Source: Chiloscyllium plagiosum
Lineage: Eukaryota
Direction of reading: 5' to 3'
NCBI RefSeq assembly: GCF_004010195.1
Contig: NC_057721.1
Location: 37,663,093-37,727,092 of the forward strand
Length of the DNA: 64,000 nt
Below the pieces are notes generated by a model. That model ran no database searches. It was not told the origin of the DNA and saw nothing but the letters and a program-made list of their open reading frames with translations. How positions within the stretch are numbered: the stretch's first letter is position 1; each line of letters begins with the position of its first letter. Shown in pieces: positions 24,152 through 38,345 of this stretch. A program made the position numbers and the translations under genes.

Positions 24152-25382
24152 ATTTTTATTCATGAGTATTGGTTGGCTGGCAAGCATTTATTGCCCATCC
24201 CTAGTTAACCTTGATAAGGTTGTGGTGAAATTCTGCCTTGAACCGCTGCAGTCCTAATGCTATAAGTGGGCCACAATGCCCTGAGGGATGGAATACCAGG
24301 ATTTTGACACAGCAACTGTGAAAGAATAGCAATACATTTCCAAGTCAGGGTGGTGAGTGGCTTGGAGGGGAACTTATCTGTTGCCCTTATCCTTCTAAAT
24401 GGAAATGGTTGTGGGTTTCAAAGGTGCTGTAGAAGGACTCTTGGTCAATTTCTGCAGCGCATCTTGTAGATAATACGCACTGCTGCCACTGAACAATGAT
24501 GGTGGAGGGAGTGGAGCTTGTGGATGTGGTGCTAATCAAGTGGGCTGCTTTGTCCTGAATGATGTCAAGCTTCTTAAATCTTGTTGGAGCTGCATGCACC
24601 CAGGCAAATGGGGAATATTCCATCACTATTCTGACTTGTACCTTATAGATGGTGGACAGGCTTTGAGGAGTCAGGAGATGAGTTACTCGCTGCAATATTC
24701 CTAGCCTGACTGGCTCTCAAAGCCACTGTATTTATATGGAGACTCTGATTGAGTTTCTGGTCAATGGTTACCACCATGATGCTGATAGTGGGGGATTCAG
24801 TGATAGTAAAGCCATTGAATGTCCAGGGGTGGTGGTTAGAGAGTGTCTTATTGGACATGGTCATTGCCTACATTTGTGTGGGACAAATGTCACTTGCCAC
24901 TTGTCAGCCCAAGGCAGGATATTATCCAGATCTTTTTTGCATTTGAACACGGACTACTTCACTATCTGAGGATTGATGAATAGTGCTGAACATTGTACAA
25001 TCATCTCTGAACATCCCCAATTATATCTTTATGATGGAGGGAAGGTCATTGATGAAACAGCTGGAGATGGTTGGGCCTAAGACACTACCCTGAGGAGCTC
25101 CTGCAGAGATGTCATGGAGCTGAGAGGACTGACCTCCAACAATCACAACTTTCTTCCTATATGCCAGGTGTGACTTCAGCAGAAACATTGCTCCCAATTC
25201 CCATTGATTCTAGTTTGCTAGGATTTCTTGATGCTGCACTTGGTGGAATATGGCCTTGATGTCTAGGCTGTCACCCAGCACCTCTGGAATTCAGCTTTAT
25301 TGTCCATGTTTGAACCAAGGCTGTAATGAGGTCAGGAGCTGAGTGCCCTGGCAGAACCCATTCGGGCATCAGTGGCAGGGTT
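24152..25382 (-). mobile_element. Family B LINE (CR1/L2 group) 3' fragment
   Basis: LLTPQSLSTIYKVQVRIVMEYSPFAW..KKLDIIQDKAA, decayed RT motifs further right, tail GCATTTATTGCCCATCCCTA. Confidence 0.9.
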
Positions 25383-26558
25383 AAATTCTTTAAACTGAGA
25401 AACAAGTACTAGTTTTATATTTTACAAATGATACAAAATTTCTTCCCATCTCAAAGCTGTGTTTATACTTTCTTGGGAACAGAAAGCTAGAAGCTTATTT
25501 TCTGGCTGAGTTAGCTGTTATCAGGTGGAGCACTGCTGCAGTTTTCTCTGACTTCCCCAAGTGTGAAAATAATTACCCAAGACTATATTCCTACTTACTA
25601 TTCTGTGGTTCAAGTATATAAATACTAAATGGATGCAGAGTTGATGAACAGAGCCCGCTCCAATGCCCAGTATTACACTGAAAATTGGAATCTGAATGTA
25701 ATATTGAAGGGTCAAAAAGATAAAGAATAGTTGTTTTTTAAGGATAGAAGTGTTAAGCAGAGCAAATTTCTGTCGAAAGTTAACAAATGCCGAAAAGTTA
25801 TGACGGTATTCATCATTAGCTAATTAAAACTGGAAATGTAGAAGCTATTAGACATGTGGAGTATAACTGCAGTACTTTGTATCTTATATTTTGCCAATGT
25901 TAAAATCACACCTCATGAATGCAAGTGAGACAGTATGTTTGTACTGCAGTGGTGTGATGCCGGGATAGATGTTATATTCTGCAATGTTCTTACTGAACGA
26001 AAAACTCAACTTGAAATCTCACTAAGCCCACTGTTTTAACCATGCTCCTGTCAATCTGAGCCATGGTCAGATCAAGGTCAGATGCTTTTTTTTTCAAAAT
26101 GAAATGCACTTTAGAGTGAGAATTGTTTTGCCAGAAGGAGATGATGCAGCAGAGGTTTAAATTGGTAGACATGCCTTTATTTGAATAACAAATTTGGTTT
26201 GATGCAAGCGTGCTTAATAGAAGCTCTCTGTAGACATGCTTATAGTAGAATTGGTTTTACTATACAGCCCATCAAGTTATTGCAAACACAAAACATCCAG
26301 GTGTTTTTTTTGGTCTGGAAACGAATGATCTCCACTTTATTGTAGACTGAAGTAATCTTGAAAGATTTGTGTGCTACAGTAAAGGCAAAATTCTGAAATT
26401 CTAATTAGAAACCTTAATTCCTATCATGATGAAAAACAAATCCCCAAATGGACAAAGTTTGTCCTTTTGTTTTGCTCCAATATTTGTCCATTTGAGGAGC
26501 ATGGTGTTCCATTATGTATTGTATAAACTGTATTTAAGTCTGCAGCCATTGCATCTTA

Positions 26559-26879
26559 TTAGATTAAATTACTTACAGTGTGGAAACAGACCCTTCGGCC
26601 CAACAAGTCCACACTGACCTGCCGAAGCGCAACCCACCTAGACCCATTCCCCTACATTTACCCCTTCACCTAACACTACAGGCAATTTAGCATGGCCAAT
26701 TCACCTAACCTACACACTTTTGGATTGTGGGAGGAAACCGGAGCACCCGGAGGAAACCCACGCAGACATGGGGAGAATGTGCAAACTCCACACAGTGAGT
26801 CGCCTGAGGCGAGAATTGAACCCAGGTCTCTGGCGCTGTGAGGCAGCAGTGCTAACCACTGTGCCACCGTGCCGCCCAC
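26559..26879 (-). mobile_element. HE1-type V-SINE (tRNA-derived, CR1-like tail)
   Basis: A/B boxes (GGTGGCACAGTGGTTAGC, GGTTCAATTC), V-domain TGTGTGGAGTTTGCAC..GGGTTTCCTCCGGGTGCTCCGGTTTCCTCCCAC, tail GGCCGAAGGGTCTGTTTCC and (TAATC)n. Confidence 0.95.
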
Positions 26880-27829
26880 AAATAATATCAATTAAGCTTC
26901 GGCCTTCCTCGTCTCCTTCTTAATAATCCCATCTCCCCCAATCACCTCACCACATTTCCCCTGTCTCTGTAACAGATAACCATGCCAGTTTAGTCCGTCT
27001 TTGATACTTCCACATTGTTCTTTGGCCTTTTGATATGTTAGTTGCACATCTGAGAAATTAACCAAAGTTAATTCATTATTTAATTTCCTTTTCCATACTT
27101 TCATTTTCCACCACCACTGATCCTAGGCAGTCAGTTTCTGCAGGTCTCCATCTATAACATTTACACCATTATTTCAATTTTCTTTCCTTGGTTCAAGCTT
27201 AGTTCATATACTCGGTCTACTGACTATCAAACTCCCATAATTGAATGCAGTTTTCTGTATTCTTGATAGGCAGTTGTGTACTTATTATTCACATCACAGT
27301 TTTTAATATTACTTACAAAAATAATTGACTATGGCACATGAATTGCTGCCTGATGCCTATGTATGTTTGTTAATGACAAAAACATTTTTTCCTCTCCTAA
27401 GGTCACCAAGAACAGACCAGATATTAAATCTAAATATTACTGATCTGAATAAGTCAGCACCTGTGTTTCCTGTTGTGTTGCTTTACAAAAGGTTTGGTAC
27501 AACACTTTGTATTGTTTTGTGATCATTGCTGCAGACACAATACGACTGACCATTCATCTGCTGCATTTCTATTCATCTATGTAATTCTGGATATAAACAA
27601 AACTTTTACCAAACAAAGAAGTTTCTGATTGTGAGACTCGCATGCTGCACATGGTTAATACCAACTTGTATATCTTGGAATTCAAATGAAATACAAAAAT
27701 TCTTCAAATATTAGCAAAGGAAATTCCCTTCTGACACAAGAATAGAAAGGAATATAAAATATTTTTTCACATGATGCATTCTTTAGATAGCATTGATAAG
27801 TTTTATTTTGAATTTCTTAAACTTTAATG

Positions 27830-27932
27830 TTCCGAAGATGAATCATATCAAACTTAAAATGTTAACTAGGTTTTTTTGTTGTCCACAGATGCTGCCAGAT
27901 TTTCTGAGTTTCTCCAGCACTTTCTGTTTTTG
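27830..27932 (+). mobile_element. Penelope pLTR fragment (decayed)
   Basis: CCACAGATGCTGCCAGA...TTCTCCAGCACTTTCTGTTTT matches other pLTR copies in the window. Confidence 0.55.
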
Positions 27933-29589
27933 TATGGGTTACCTACTGGTCTTGCCCTGAAAAGATGATACTGGACCTTCTACTTGACTTAGTAGTCTGC
28001 TCATGGGGAAAGTACACCTATAATGATATTGTATGAGGAATTCCAAGGTCATAGCTTAATGATGAGGAAGTTGAAGCCTAGATGATGTGTGACTTGTGAA
28101 CAAAATTTGTAGTTAGACTTCATTTGTTGTAACTTTAAGCCTTAGTCTTTTTGTAGTAATGATTTGCAAGACAATGCAGTTACTTATTTTTGGGATGTTT
28201 CAATGATATTTGAAAAATGATAAATGAAAGCCAGGGTCATGGAGGACTAGAGTTACTAGTCAGTATATCTGTCTTCCCATGTGGCTCACTAGTAACTCTG
28301 GTCCTCCATGACCCTGGCTTTCATTTTCATGAGCAACAGAGAGTCATAGAGATAAAAGTAAAGCAAACTAAGATATCAGCATTTATGTATAAATGTAGGA
28401 AACTTCAAACTTTTTAATGCACGTTTTAGCTCTTGCATTTGCAACAGCTGCATTTCAGGTCCTCAAACAAGAGCACAGGCTTCATCTTGTTTTAAATGAC
28501 CTGCCGATTAACACATTTCTTGCAACCTGAGCTCTCAATGAATGATTTATTCATTTCAAGAATGCAGAACATTGCTCAAAAAAAATTTCAGTTTAGTTAA
28601 TACAATTTTATTGTGACTTCCCATGGTGTTTTTCATGCTAATGTAAAAAAGTATATTATCAATCTTCCACTGCATTGCACATAAGAAGCAAAGACCGAGA
28701 CATACAAAGTGAGTTACCAAGTAGAGGATAGTGGATGAGAGAATACTAGCGTACATCGGTCTCAATTTTAAAGTTTTATCTCTGATCCAGTTTTATACAA
28801 CACTCTGACTTGATGTGATCATTTGTACTTGAATATCAAAACCTGTGGTAATTTGGTAAAGTCAGCCTAGTTGAAGTATGCATTTCTTACAGCAAAGCCA
28901 GAGAAACAGAAAACAAAATTCCGGTGTGAGACATCAGAAACGCTAAGAAAAGATATTTGCAGTTTGCAAGGGAACTTAAGTTGCTTTCATGATCAGATGT
29001 TGAATAGGAACTTGTACCGGGGAATACAGTTTGAGATGGAAGTATGGTTTTCGGGGCATGAAATGTGCAACAGACGTTACTAGATGCACAGAAGGCATTA
29101 AAACAATGTTCAGTTGTGAGACAAGCTTATGGAGCAGAGTTATCAACATCAGTAGTTAAAGAATTTCTCATTTACTTGACATTATATGCAAATTCACTTA
29201 AACTTACCACAACAGAGATTGTTCAGGAATTGGGAGTTTGAGGGCTAAAATTAGATGCACAAATTTTAATTGAATATGTATCCTAACTCTACTTTACCTA
29301 GCAGGTTTTTGTTTTAGTTTTAAACAAAAGATTCACATTTAGCTTTTAAAAAAACTGGGTGCGGTTTAAACAAAATTGGCTGCAAGAATACCTTCCTACT
29401 TAGCTAAAGACTTTCTCCAGAAGGTTCCAGCCATCAAACTTGAAAATGTCAAAAGTATTTTAAAATATAGAAAGCTAAGAAATGTTTGCTTTTCCTTTCT
29501 CTGACATTCAGCTTTCAACCATATGTTAATCTTCAAGATTTATTAATTAAACCATTAAAGTACAAATCATGTCACACAGAAATGACAAT

Positions 29590-29712
29590 GATGCGGAGAT
29601 GCCACTGTTGGACTGGAGTGGAGAACGTCAGAAATCACATGATACCAGGATACAGTCCAACAGGTTTATTTGAAATTGCAAGCTTCCAGAGTGCTGCTCC
29701 TTGGTCAGATGA
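29590..29712 (-). mobile_element. Penelope pLTR fragment
   Basis: Diverged copy of 40899-41025. Confidence 0.75.
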
Positions 29713-30182
29713 AGTCTTGTAAATAACAATACAGGGCAAGCCATTTCGGTTAATGATTACCATCCAATCAAGCAGTTGTCCTCATCCTACATAGCTAGAT
29801 GGCTCCCATATCTCCTATTTCACTGTTAATTGAACTCAGCGATTGTTTACACATTTTGTCAAGACATTGATGGTGAGTGATCTTAAAGAGCCAGGGCATA
29901 TTTGCATCTGAATGTCAAAAATGTTCCATATTCCATGTTATTCATGAGGAATAGCACAGGATATCATCATGGCAACAGAGTTTCTCATTTCGTCATACGG
30001 AAACAATTTCCCTCCATTGAGATTGAGATCCAAAAGTTTGGCAAAAATGTTTTCAATTAAACATTGCACTGTGATAATCAAGCATGCTGTCTGGTCTCAG
30101 AAACAACCAAGGGAAACTGTCCAATGTCAGATTGCTCCTATAGGTTTAATATGTGACTGTTTATCTTTCTCCCTTTCTTAAG

Positions 30183-30276
30183 CTGCATTTTGGAAAACCA
30201 AATCAGAGCAGGATTTATACACTTAATAGTAAGGTCCTGGAGAGTGTTGCTGAACAAAGAGATCTTGGAGTGCAAG
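30183..30276 (+). mobile_element. Short CR1 fragment
   Basis: Matches 7648-7745. Confidence 0.8.
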
Positions 30277-31328
30277 CAACCACATATAATTTGAAAGCAC
30301 TGAGATATTAGGAGTGCACTGTTTCTCTTATTGTTTTATCCAATTTCTGATATGGCTATTTGTATCCATTATCTATATTGGATTTAGAATCAAAAGAACC
30401 TTTAACCAGGTTTCTTTAATAAACACAAAATGGGTTTATTACTTAAAAAAACTTATACTGCAAGGATTCGGAATTTGTTAATACGCCTAGTTATAATATC
30501 CAAATGTAAATACTTACCCCTCTAAATAACCCAAAACGCACACATATCAGACAAAGGAAAATCAAAAAAAACTTCCTTTCTTAAAAAATAAGCATTCTGG
30601 GTCAATAAATGTTGAAGACAAAAATGAGAAGTCCAGTGATGCATAGAATGTCATCAGTATTCTTTCCTGCGCACACAAAGATAACGTTCCTGAACACTGA
30701 GGACTTTTGCAGATTCTGTCATTCAAGAAATGTAGACAAATTCTTCAAGGTGTTTCTCATGCAACAACAGCTGGACCAGGATTCCTGGTTACCACACTGA
30801 ACCCAGTACAAGCATCTTTGCAGAAACAAGAAACCTAAACTTGAAACTTCCTTCACTAGGTCGGATATCACTAAGAATACCCAAAGCAGACACTACAACC
30901 TGACTATTATAAATCTAGACAGAGGGTTTCTAGTATCCAAGCAGTTATCACAAGGCATATGATCACCATGAAGTGTGTTATTAAAATAAGTTCCAGTGTC
31001 TTTTCATTAACCTCTTTTAAAATGAAATAACCCAGGTATCCATTATCCTTCAAACTCAAGTTTGCAAACAATATTAAATACGAAACCTTTGCAATATATT
31101 TATTATATCGCATAGTCTTAATATATCAAAAATGTTCCATGTATTTGAAGAAGATTGCACCCATTTGCTAATGGTTCTATATAAATATAAAAATTACTAC
31201 TTTGACACAGTGCATGTAAGTATTTTAGTATGTCTTTGTTTCAAATTGCATATTTGTTCTCATGTTAATTTCAATTCTTATTTCCTGAATATCCTTTTTG
31301 TTTTGCAAATCCTCAGCATTTAGCATGT

Positions 31329-31653
31329 TTAGATTAGATTAGATTAGATTAGATTTACAGTGTGGAAACAGGCCCTTCGGCCCAACAAGTCCACACCGAC
31401 CCGCCGAAGCGCAACCCACCCATACCCCTATATTTACCCCTTTACCTAACACTAAGGGCAATTTAGCATGGCCAATTCACCTGACCTGCACATCTTTGGA
31501 CTGTGGGAGGAAACCGGAGCACCCGGAGGAAACCCACGCAGACACGGGAAGAACGTGCAAACTCCACACAGTCAGTCGCCTGAGTCGGGAATTGAACCCG
31601 GGTCTCTGGTGCTGTGAGGCAGCAGTGCTAACCACTGTGCCACCGTGCCGCCC
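31329..31653 (-). mobile_element. HE1-type V-SINE, full length
   Basis: As for 26559-26879. (AGATT)n tail, CpGs retained. Confidence 0.95.
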
Positions 31654-32789
31654 TAAACATGTTGTGGTCATCATAAATTGAATTTACATTACAATGTGAT
31701 CCTGATCTATTTTATGACAAGCGACATACAATGGTAGGTGGGATGACTTTGGCAGCTGTTCATGTTGTGTTTGGGAAAAGGAAAAGGAGGAGAGAAGAGC
31801 TTTTTAAACATTATTGCATGGACTAGTCAGTTTCCTCTTTTGATGCTGAGTTTCCTTTTCTTCATGGTTCCTGTATGATATCTCTTGTTGGTGTTTTGTT
31901 CATGAATGGGGAATATTACAGAGATATTAGTAAAAATGAGAGGTTCTCATGAAAAATTCTCCTTCTCAAGCTGTCAGCTGACCTGAGGTGTGGTCACTCT
32001 CAGGCTGGCCACTTCTATCTAAATCAACCAAACGGTCTAGTAAGACTATGATGACTTTTACCATTACTTTAACCTATCTTAAACCTAGTTAATCTAAGTA
32101 GAAATTATACCATGAATAGTTTCTTCTAGTTTAACTTGCAGTGAGTACATGATTTCTTTGAATTGAGCCATTTTTCAAAGACTAATGATAATCAGCGCTT
32201 CTTTAAGAAATTTATCTAGGATTGTTTCAGTGTAATGTGAGAGGAAGTCTGTGGCATTGCCAGGAGATGTCCTAGGAAATTCTTATATAAAATTATATTC
32301 CTGCAGCCAAATTACGCTTAATAAATATTATGCTATATACAGATATTTATATCTTAAATGTTTATGGTTCTTGATGTAATAGATTCACAAATATCTTCTT
32401 GGAAATATAGAGATGACAAATGTGTGCTCATGCTATTTATACATGGCAGTGTTCTGAGTTTGAAATTGATGTCACTGTTAGAACCCATGTGTTAGTCCGT
32501 TGTGGGTTTCACCAAAAATCAGCTTTGTCTGATCTGATCACTTCCAAGCGCAGAAGTAAGTACATGAATATCTTCTATCTCTCTTGGCTCATTTTGAACA
32601 GTCCATCTAGGTGTTTTATAAGCAGTGATCCTTCTGCACTTGTCAATTTTTATTAACAAAGTACTCATCTCAAACTTGATTTTTTTCCTCTTTTTTTTTT
32701 GCAACCCTCAACTGATTATTTCCCCAGTATGGCCTCTTATTTTAAGCTCATGGATAAGGACTTGAATTGGATGCACAATTCATTTGACC

Positions 32790-33130
32790 ATTATTATAAA
32801 ATCATGAGTGGCATGGATAGGGTCTCTTCACTGGGTTGGGGAGAGTCCAGAACTAGAGGGCATAGGTTTAGGGTGAAAGGGGAAAGAATTAAAAGGGACC
32901 AAAGGGGCAACTTTTTCATGCAGAGAGTGGTGCATGTGTGGAATGAGCTGCCAGAGGAAGTGGTAGAGGCTAGTACAATTACAACATTTAAAAAGATGGG
33001 TACATGAAAAGGAAGGGTTTAGAGGGATATGGGCCAAGTGGCAAATGGGACTTGATTAATTTAGGATATCTGGTCAGCATGGATGAGTTGGACTGAAGGG
33101 TCTGCTTCCATTCTATACATTATGACTCTG
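32790..33130 (+). mobile_element. CR1 3' fragment
   Basis: YKIMSGMDRV..SRTRGHRFRV..QRVVHVWNELPEEVV plus tail. Confidence 0.9.
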
Positions 33131-33565
33131 TGGTCTAAACCACAAGCAGAATCAGATTATACAGTATCCTAGTAAAACTTCCACTCCTCTATTCATTGAA
33201 AGTGATTTAATTAACACTAATTAATAAAAGGATTGTGGAGATTAGAAGCAGTTAGTTAGGTCTGTCACAAAATGTAGCTTTCGCTACCCTCACCATGTTC
33301 CTCTAACTTTCTGGGTAGGACTGCTTACTGTTGGGAAAGAAGGAATCCATAGGCAAAATTTGAATTGTTGCCTCGTGATTTCAATTTCCTTCTAGCTTCA
33401 GTCCTGAGAAAATTTCACTCCTAACCTACATGAGAAAGATAGAAGGAGCGAGAGTATGTAGGTCTATGGCCCAAGACATTTTCTGCCACTTAAAGTAAAT
33501 GTTACACTTAAAATGTTACAATAATATAATATACAGAAAAGCTAAAATGTGGCAATAAAAATGTT

Positions 33566-33651
33566 AAGTGGTCAGGTTCATAATAAATATATAAAGTAGT
33601 AGAACAAAGTGGTCAGGTTCATAATAAATATATAAAGTAGTAGAACAAAGT
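33566..33651. repeat. Perfect 41-bp tandem duplication
   Basis: AAGTGGTCAGGTTCATAATAAATATATAAAGTAGTAGAACA occurs twice, followed by AAGT. Confidence 0.95.
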
Positions 33652-34551
33652 AGTAGTTTTTTTCTGGTGGCTTGCAACTCAGTGCCTTTGGCAATGAAGC
33701 AGAACAATTAGTTTGGAAACCTTTTTCGATAAAACCCTCCTAAAACACCAGCTGCTACAAAAATTATTTTTTGTGTGAAAAATAGAATTGCCAAGTGTCA
33801 TATACATTAAAAATAGAAAGAAAAGGGAGGCATGCATACCCTTCACCATAAAATAAGTTTTGCGTCTTAGAAATTTGGATTGGATTTGTGTTGTTGCAGA
33901 TTATGGGACCACATTATAAATGGATGAAGCTGGACCAGAACAGGATTTTCAGTCAAAATATCACAGGGCTACTTATGAACTGATACAATTTTTTTTTCTA
34001 AGACTGTAAGATTTCTTTTGAAGTCAGCTTCACTATTTTCCTAGATTAGCATGTAAGCAATTCATTCAGTTTAACCAAATTAATCAACAATTCCAAATGT
34101 TTTGAACATTAATGATTTGGCATGTTGCCTCTGTTGGATTGTTTTCTGTGAGTTAACGCATTGACATTCCCTGGGGAACGGATCATGCTGTAGCTTTTGT
34201 GGAGAATGATGAGTACCATGTTGTTGTGTATATAGCCTGAGGGGCACTTGCAACTTCATTAATGACCCTAACCTCGAGAAAAATTGTCAACTCCAATAAC
34301 ATGTTTGTTCAATTTTGCTTGCACTCATCTGGGCTGTGGCAAAGGATTGCAGGATGCACTTAAACAAAGCATTGCCCTGGAGGGCAAGGCTGCTAATTGT
34401 AAGCAACATGAAGACTGGGATGCATGCTAGGAATTTTCAGAAATTCATGAAATTATCGGGAGTGGCCAGGTAGAAGTTAGAATTTTGGGTTGTTTATAGT
34501 GTCTCTCTTGTAAATTTATATTTCTTATAATGTTGAGTTGTCTCTGTGTTG

Positions 34552-34690
34552 TAGAATCATAGAGATATAAAACATGGAAACAGACCCTTCGGTTCAACTC
34601 ATCCGTGCTGACCAGATATCCTAAATTAATAAAGTCCCATTTGCCAGCTTGAAACCTGTACCCTCCAATTTTGGACTCCCCTGCCCTGTG
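34552..34690 (-). mobile_element. CR1 3' tail fragment
   Basis: CATGGAAACAGACCCTTCGG...GTCCCATTTGCCAGC. Confidence 0.8.
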
Positions 34691-34864
34691 ATCTGTATTC
34701 TAAAACAAATCTTTCAGAGATAACCAAAGCCACTGGGATGTGATGATCACTAAACAATTACTGAAATGAAGAACCCAAAACAATCCTCTTAAATTAAAGA
34801 ATTACTCAAGTGAAAATTGCAAATTAACATAATGATTCAATGAAGTTGATGGGATGGGGTTTTT

Positions 34865-35415
34865 TTGCATCTATCCTTTGGATGTGGACTTCACTGGCTG
34901 GGCCGTTCTTTATTGTCATCCCTTATTGCCTTGGACAAGGTGGTACAGAAGTATGCCTTGAACTGTTACAGTCCCTGACCTTCAAGTACACCCACAGTAC
35001 TGTCAGGGAGAGAGTTGTAGAAATATGACTCTATGATAGTGAAGTGGTAACAATATCATTTCAAGTCAGGATGATGCTTGTGGGTGAGTTTGCAATTGGT
35101 GGTGTTCCCATGTATCTGCTGCCTTTCACCTTCCAGATGGTGGAGTCATGGATTTAGAAAGCACTGTCTAAATTGATGAGTTACTGCAGGGCATCTTGGA
35201 GAGGGTACACATTGCTGCCAATATGTGTCAGTAGGGAAGAGAGTAAACATTGAATGTTATGGACAGGATGCCAGTCAGAGGGCTGCTTTGTTCTGGGTTG
35301 CATTGAGCTGCTTGAATGTTGTTGGAGCTGCACTCATCCAGACCTCTGGGGATAGTATTCCAATACACTTCTCATTTGTGTTTTATAGTTGGGGAAAGTG
35401 CATCCAGGAGAGAAA
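34865..35415 (-). mobile_element. Family B LINE 3' fragment (decayed)
   Basis: Colinear with 24160-24620. Confidence 0.75.
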
Positions 35416-36189
35416 TTTCCTGAAAAGAAACTAATTTAAAGCAGCAGCAGCAGAAGAAGGAGCTTTAGCACTGAAACAGGGGTAGCCCATCATTAAGGTA
35501 TATGTGCCTGTAAGATTGCTGTGGAAGTAAAAGGATTCAATTTTTTTTCTGATATTTGTATTAAGACTATTTCAAATAGTTCTTATAGAGTAAACACTGA
35601 GACCAGAAGAGAATTCCTCCATACTGTCATGCTTGATGCAAAAAATCATTAGCAGTCTAACTTTGCAATAAAAATCTAAAACTCTAGAGCGGGATTATAT
35701 TTTTGGTTAGTGCCTGGGAGGAATGTTCCTCCTGTGAGGTTTCTACATGAAGTTTTGCTGTTGCAAAGCACCAAGTGGAAATAAACAAGTGGACTAAGTT
35801 AGGATAGCTGACAAAGAGTAGACATTAACAAATGTTAGTTCTGAGAAAACTGCTTTGAAACTGCCAGCTTAGTTGCAATTTTTTCAAGAGGGAAATCAAG
35901 AGTTACGAATAATTTGCAGAAAGGTTTCTCCGGAATGCTGCCAGCCTGTCCTTACCCAACATGCGGTTTCTACCAGAGCTACTAATATTTTTGGCCTATC
36001 GAGATACTGATATTTTGTGATATCTAGAATTCGTTCCTCAGATGTACTCCTCTCCTTTGTGTCATGGGGATTTCTTTTACTCATATTAAAAGATCAAGAG
36101 ACAGAAAGTTGATGTTGGAAATATAACAAAAATGTATTGAGTTTATGAATACTGCGGATGTTTCGAGTGGTGGAGAAATGGCAGGATAG

Positions 36190-36620
36190 GATGTTGTGGA
36201 GGTGTCGGTGTTGGACTGGGGTGGACAAAGTTGAAAATCACACAACACCAGGTTATAGTCCAACACGTTTATTTGTGGATGGGATAAATGTAATGGAATG
36301 GTGTGAATGATTCGTAGAATGAATAGACTGTGCATTTGATAGCATGTGAAAAGGAATGAGATAGTGAGTAAGAGAAACATTAATTGTGCCCTGTGGTAGG
36401 AAGCAGAAGAATGTGTTGAAAAGGAGGAAAGTGCTCTGAGTGTAGTGGGAAGATGATGAAAGGAATGTGGTAAAGCACTGCTGAGAGGTGCAGAGATGAA
36501 GTGCATGCATTGTTCCTGCTCTGTGCAGGTTATGGACCAAACTCATTGTATGGTATCTATGAAGTGATGCTTTATAAGATCTGTTTAGCATTCGGATTTC
36601 AATTCATCCCTGTCAATCAC
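36190..36620 (-). mobile_element. Penelope pLTR fragment adjoining decayed N-terminal ORF
   Basis: 36190-36275 matches the 40899 pLTR. 36280-36620 (FILRIIH) resembles the 1-455 element. Confidence 0.6.
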
Positions 36621-37934
36621 CAAACAAATCATGAGTATTGTAGCTTTATGAGCTGCATAGTTTCAGGTTATAACCAACAATCCTACATATGAATTACAGG
36701 TGCCATTAGAGCACCTTTCAGGAAGGCATTTGCTTACTTGTTGTAAGTATAGAGGCAAAGTGACTCTGTTTCTGTCACAATACTATGCAACAATGTCAGT
36801 TTATAAATGATAATATCACAACAAAACTGACATTAGGTTTTCTTTTTAACATTTGCAAAATTATTAGTTATTCAGCTTTTCCTTCCTAAATATCTCAGCT
36901 GATAAAGGGACCATCCAGTATAGTCAAGTTATCCTTGAGCAAGTCAGTTCGACTAGGATGGTGGTTTGATGCTACAAGTGATGTGAGAACACTTACGCTG
37001 AGGTCAAAAAATTTTGAGGATTTCTATTCACAATCACTATCTAGCGTACCCCAGCTGGAAAATTGGAATAAGATTAAACTGAGTTGTGAAGTCTGTGAAA
37101 TTCTTGAGGTCAGGAGAACTGCAAATAGGTGTGGATCTTGTACCTCAGGAAGAGGATCTCCCCTCAGTAAAACAGGGAGGATAAAGAAGGGGGAAATAAA
37201 AGCACTTTAACTTTAAGTATATATTGCAAAGTTTTACTGATTCTATCATAGTTTTAATCCAGTAAACATAGTGCTCTTAAATCAATTGTAGACATTTTGT
37301 GCTATTTATTGTAGATTCAATGAAAATAACTCCCTTTTGTTCAGAAAACTAAACCAGGAGTTTCCTTACAAACTGTCCCTATTTATTGAGTTCCCAGGGG
37401 CTGTTGGTGCTTTGTCATTGAGCCAGAAATACTATAATTGGAAATGTTGCATCAGTGCCACATTAATGAGTTAAAATGAGTAAAGTTTAATTTTTCTAAG
37501 ATTATCAAATTATTTGAATGCACATGTATGCAGTTCCTGGGGTGAGAAATATATTTCAAATAATTTGGTGTTTAAATATGATCAGTATCAAACAATTATT
37601 TCATAATGTAATTATAATTGAACACGAATATTTATCTCTTTATTTGCTTTAACAATAATTCCTTTTTTTATTCAACTTATCACAATTTAACATGTTAGTC
37701 CTGGTTGTTGGAAATAAAAACAGCCAAATAACTTAAGCTTTGGATATCTGATAAGCTTTATTTTATCCATTTGTGTAACATTTACTTGCATCAATTCAAT
37801 TTGTATAATTTCAAAGCAGTATTTGGCAAACATAGAAGTGTGACAAGTTTATTATGTAAAGATGCATTGAGTAGGAATTGCTGACCTAACATCTCAACAT
37901 CTGTTAAGTGGTTGCTCCAACAAAAGTCTTAACT

Positions 37935-38345
37935 GTCACCAACCTCATTACCTTCAGAGGACTATCACTGACCTCATTACCTCCGGAGATCTGTTTCCCA
38001 CTGCCTCTAACCCAGTCGTCTCTCAACTCCGGGCAGCCCATTTCTACCTCCTTCCCAAAATCCACAAACCAGACTGCCCTGGTAGGCCCATCTTACCAGC
38101 CTGTTACTGCTCCACTGAGCTCATTTCCTCCTACCTTGACTCCATCCTCTCTCCACTTACATCCCTGATTTCTCTGATGCCCTCCTCTGTATTGACAATT
38201 TCCACTTCCCTGACCCTAACTGCCTCCTGTTCACCATGGATGTCCAATCCCTCTATATCTTCATTCCCCATCAGGATGGTCTGAGAGTTCTCGGCTTCTT
38301 CCTCGACCAGGGGCCTGAACACTCCCACCCACCCCCACTTTCCTC
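37935..38345 (+). mobile_element. Penelope reverse transcriptase fragment
   Basis: FYLLPKIHKPDCPGRPI, ELISSYLDSILSPL, LLFTMDVQSLY.IPHQDGL. Confidence 0.9.

Noticed and set aside
35880-36180. Slightly CpG-richer unique block as a candidate SYTL5 promoter or non-coding first exon
   Set aside because: Not a CpG island, and no convincing promoter or donor site. It cannot be supported without transcript data.
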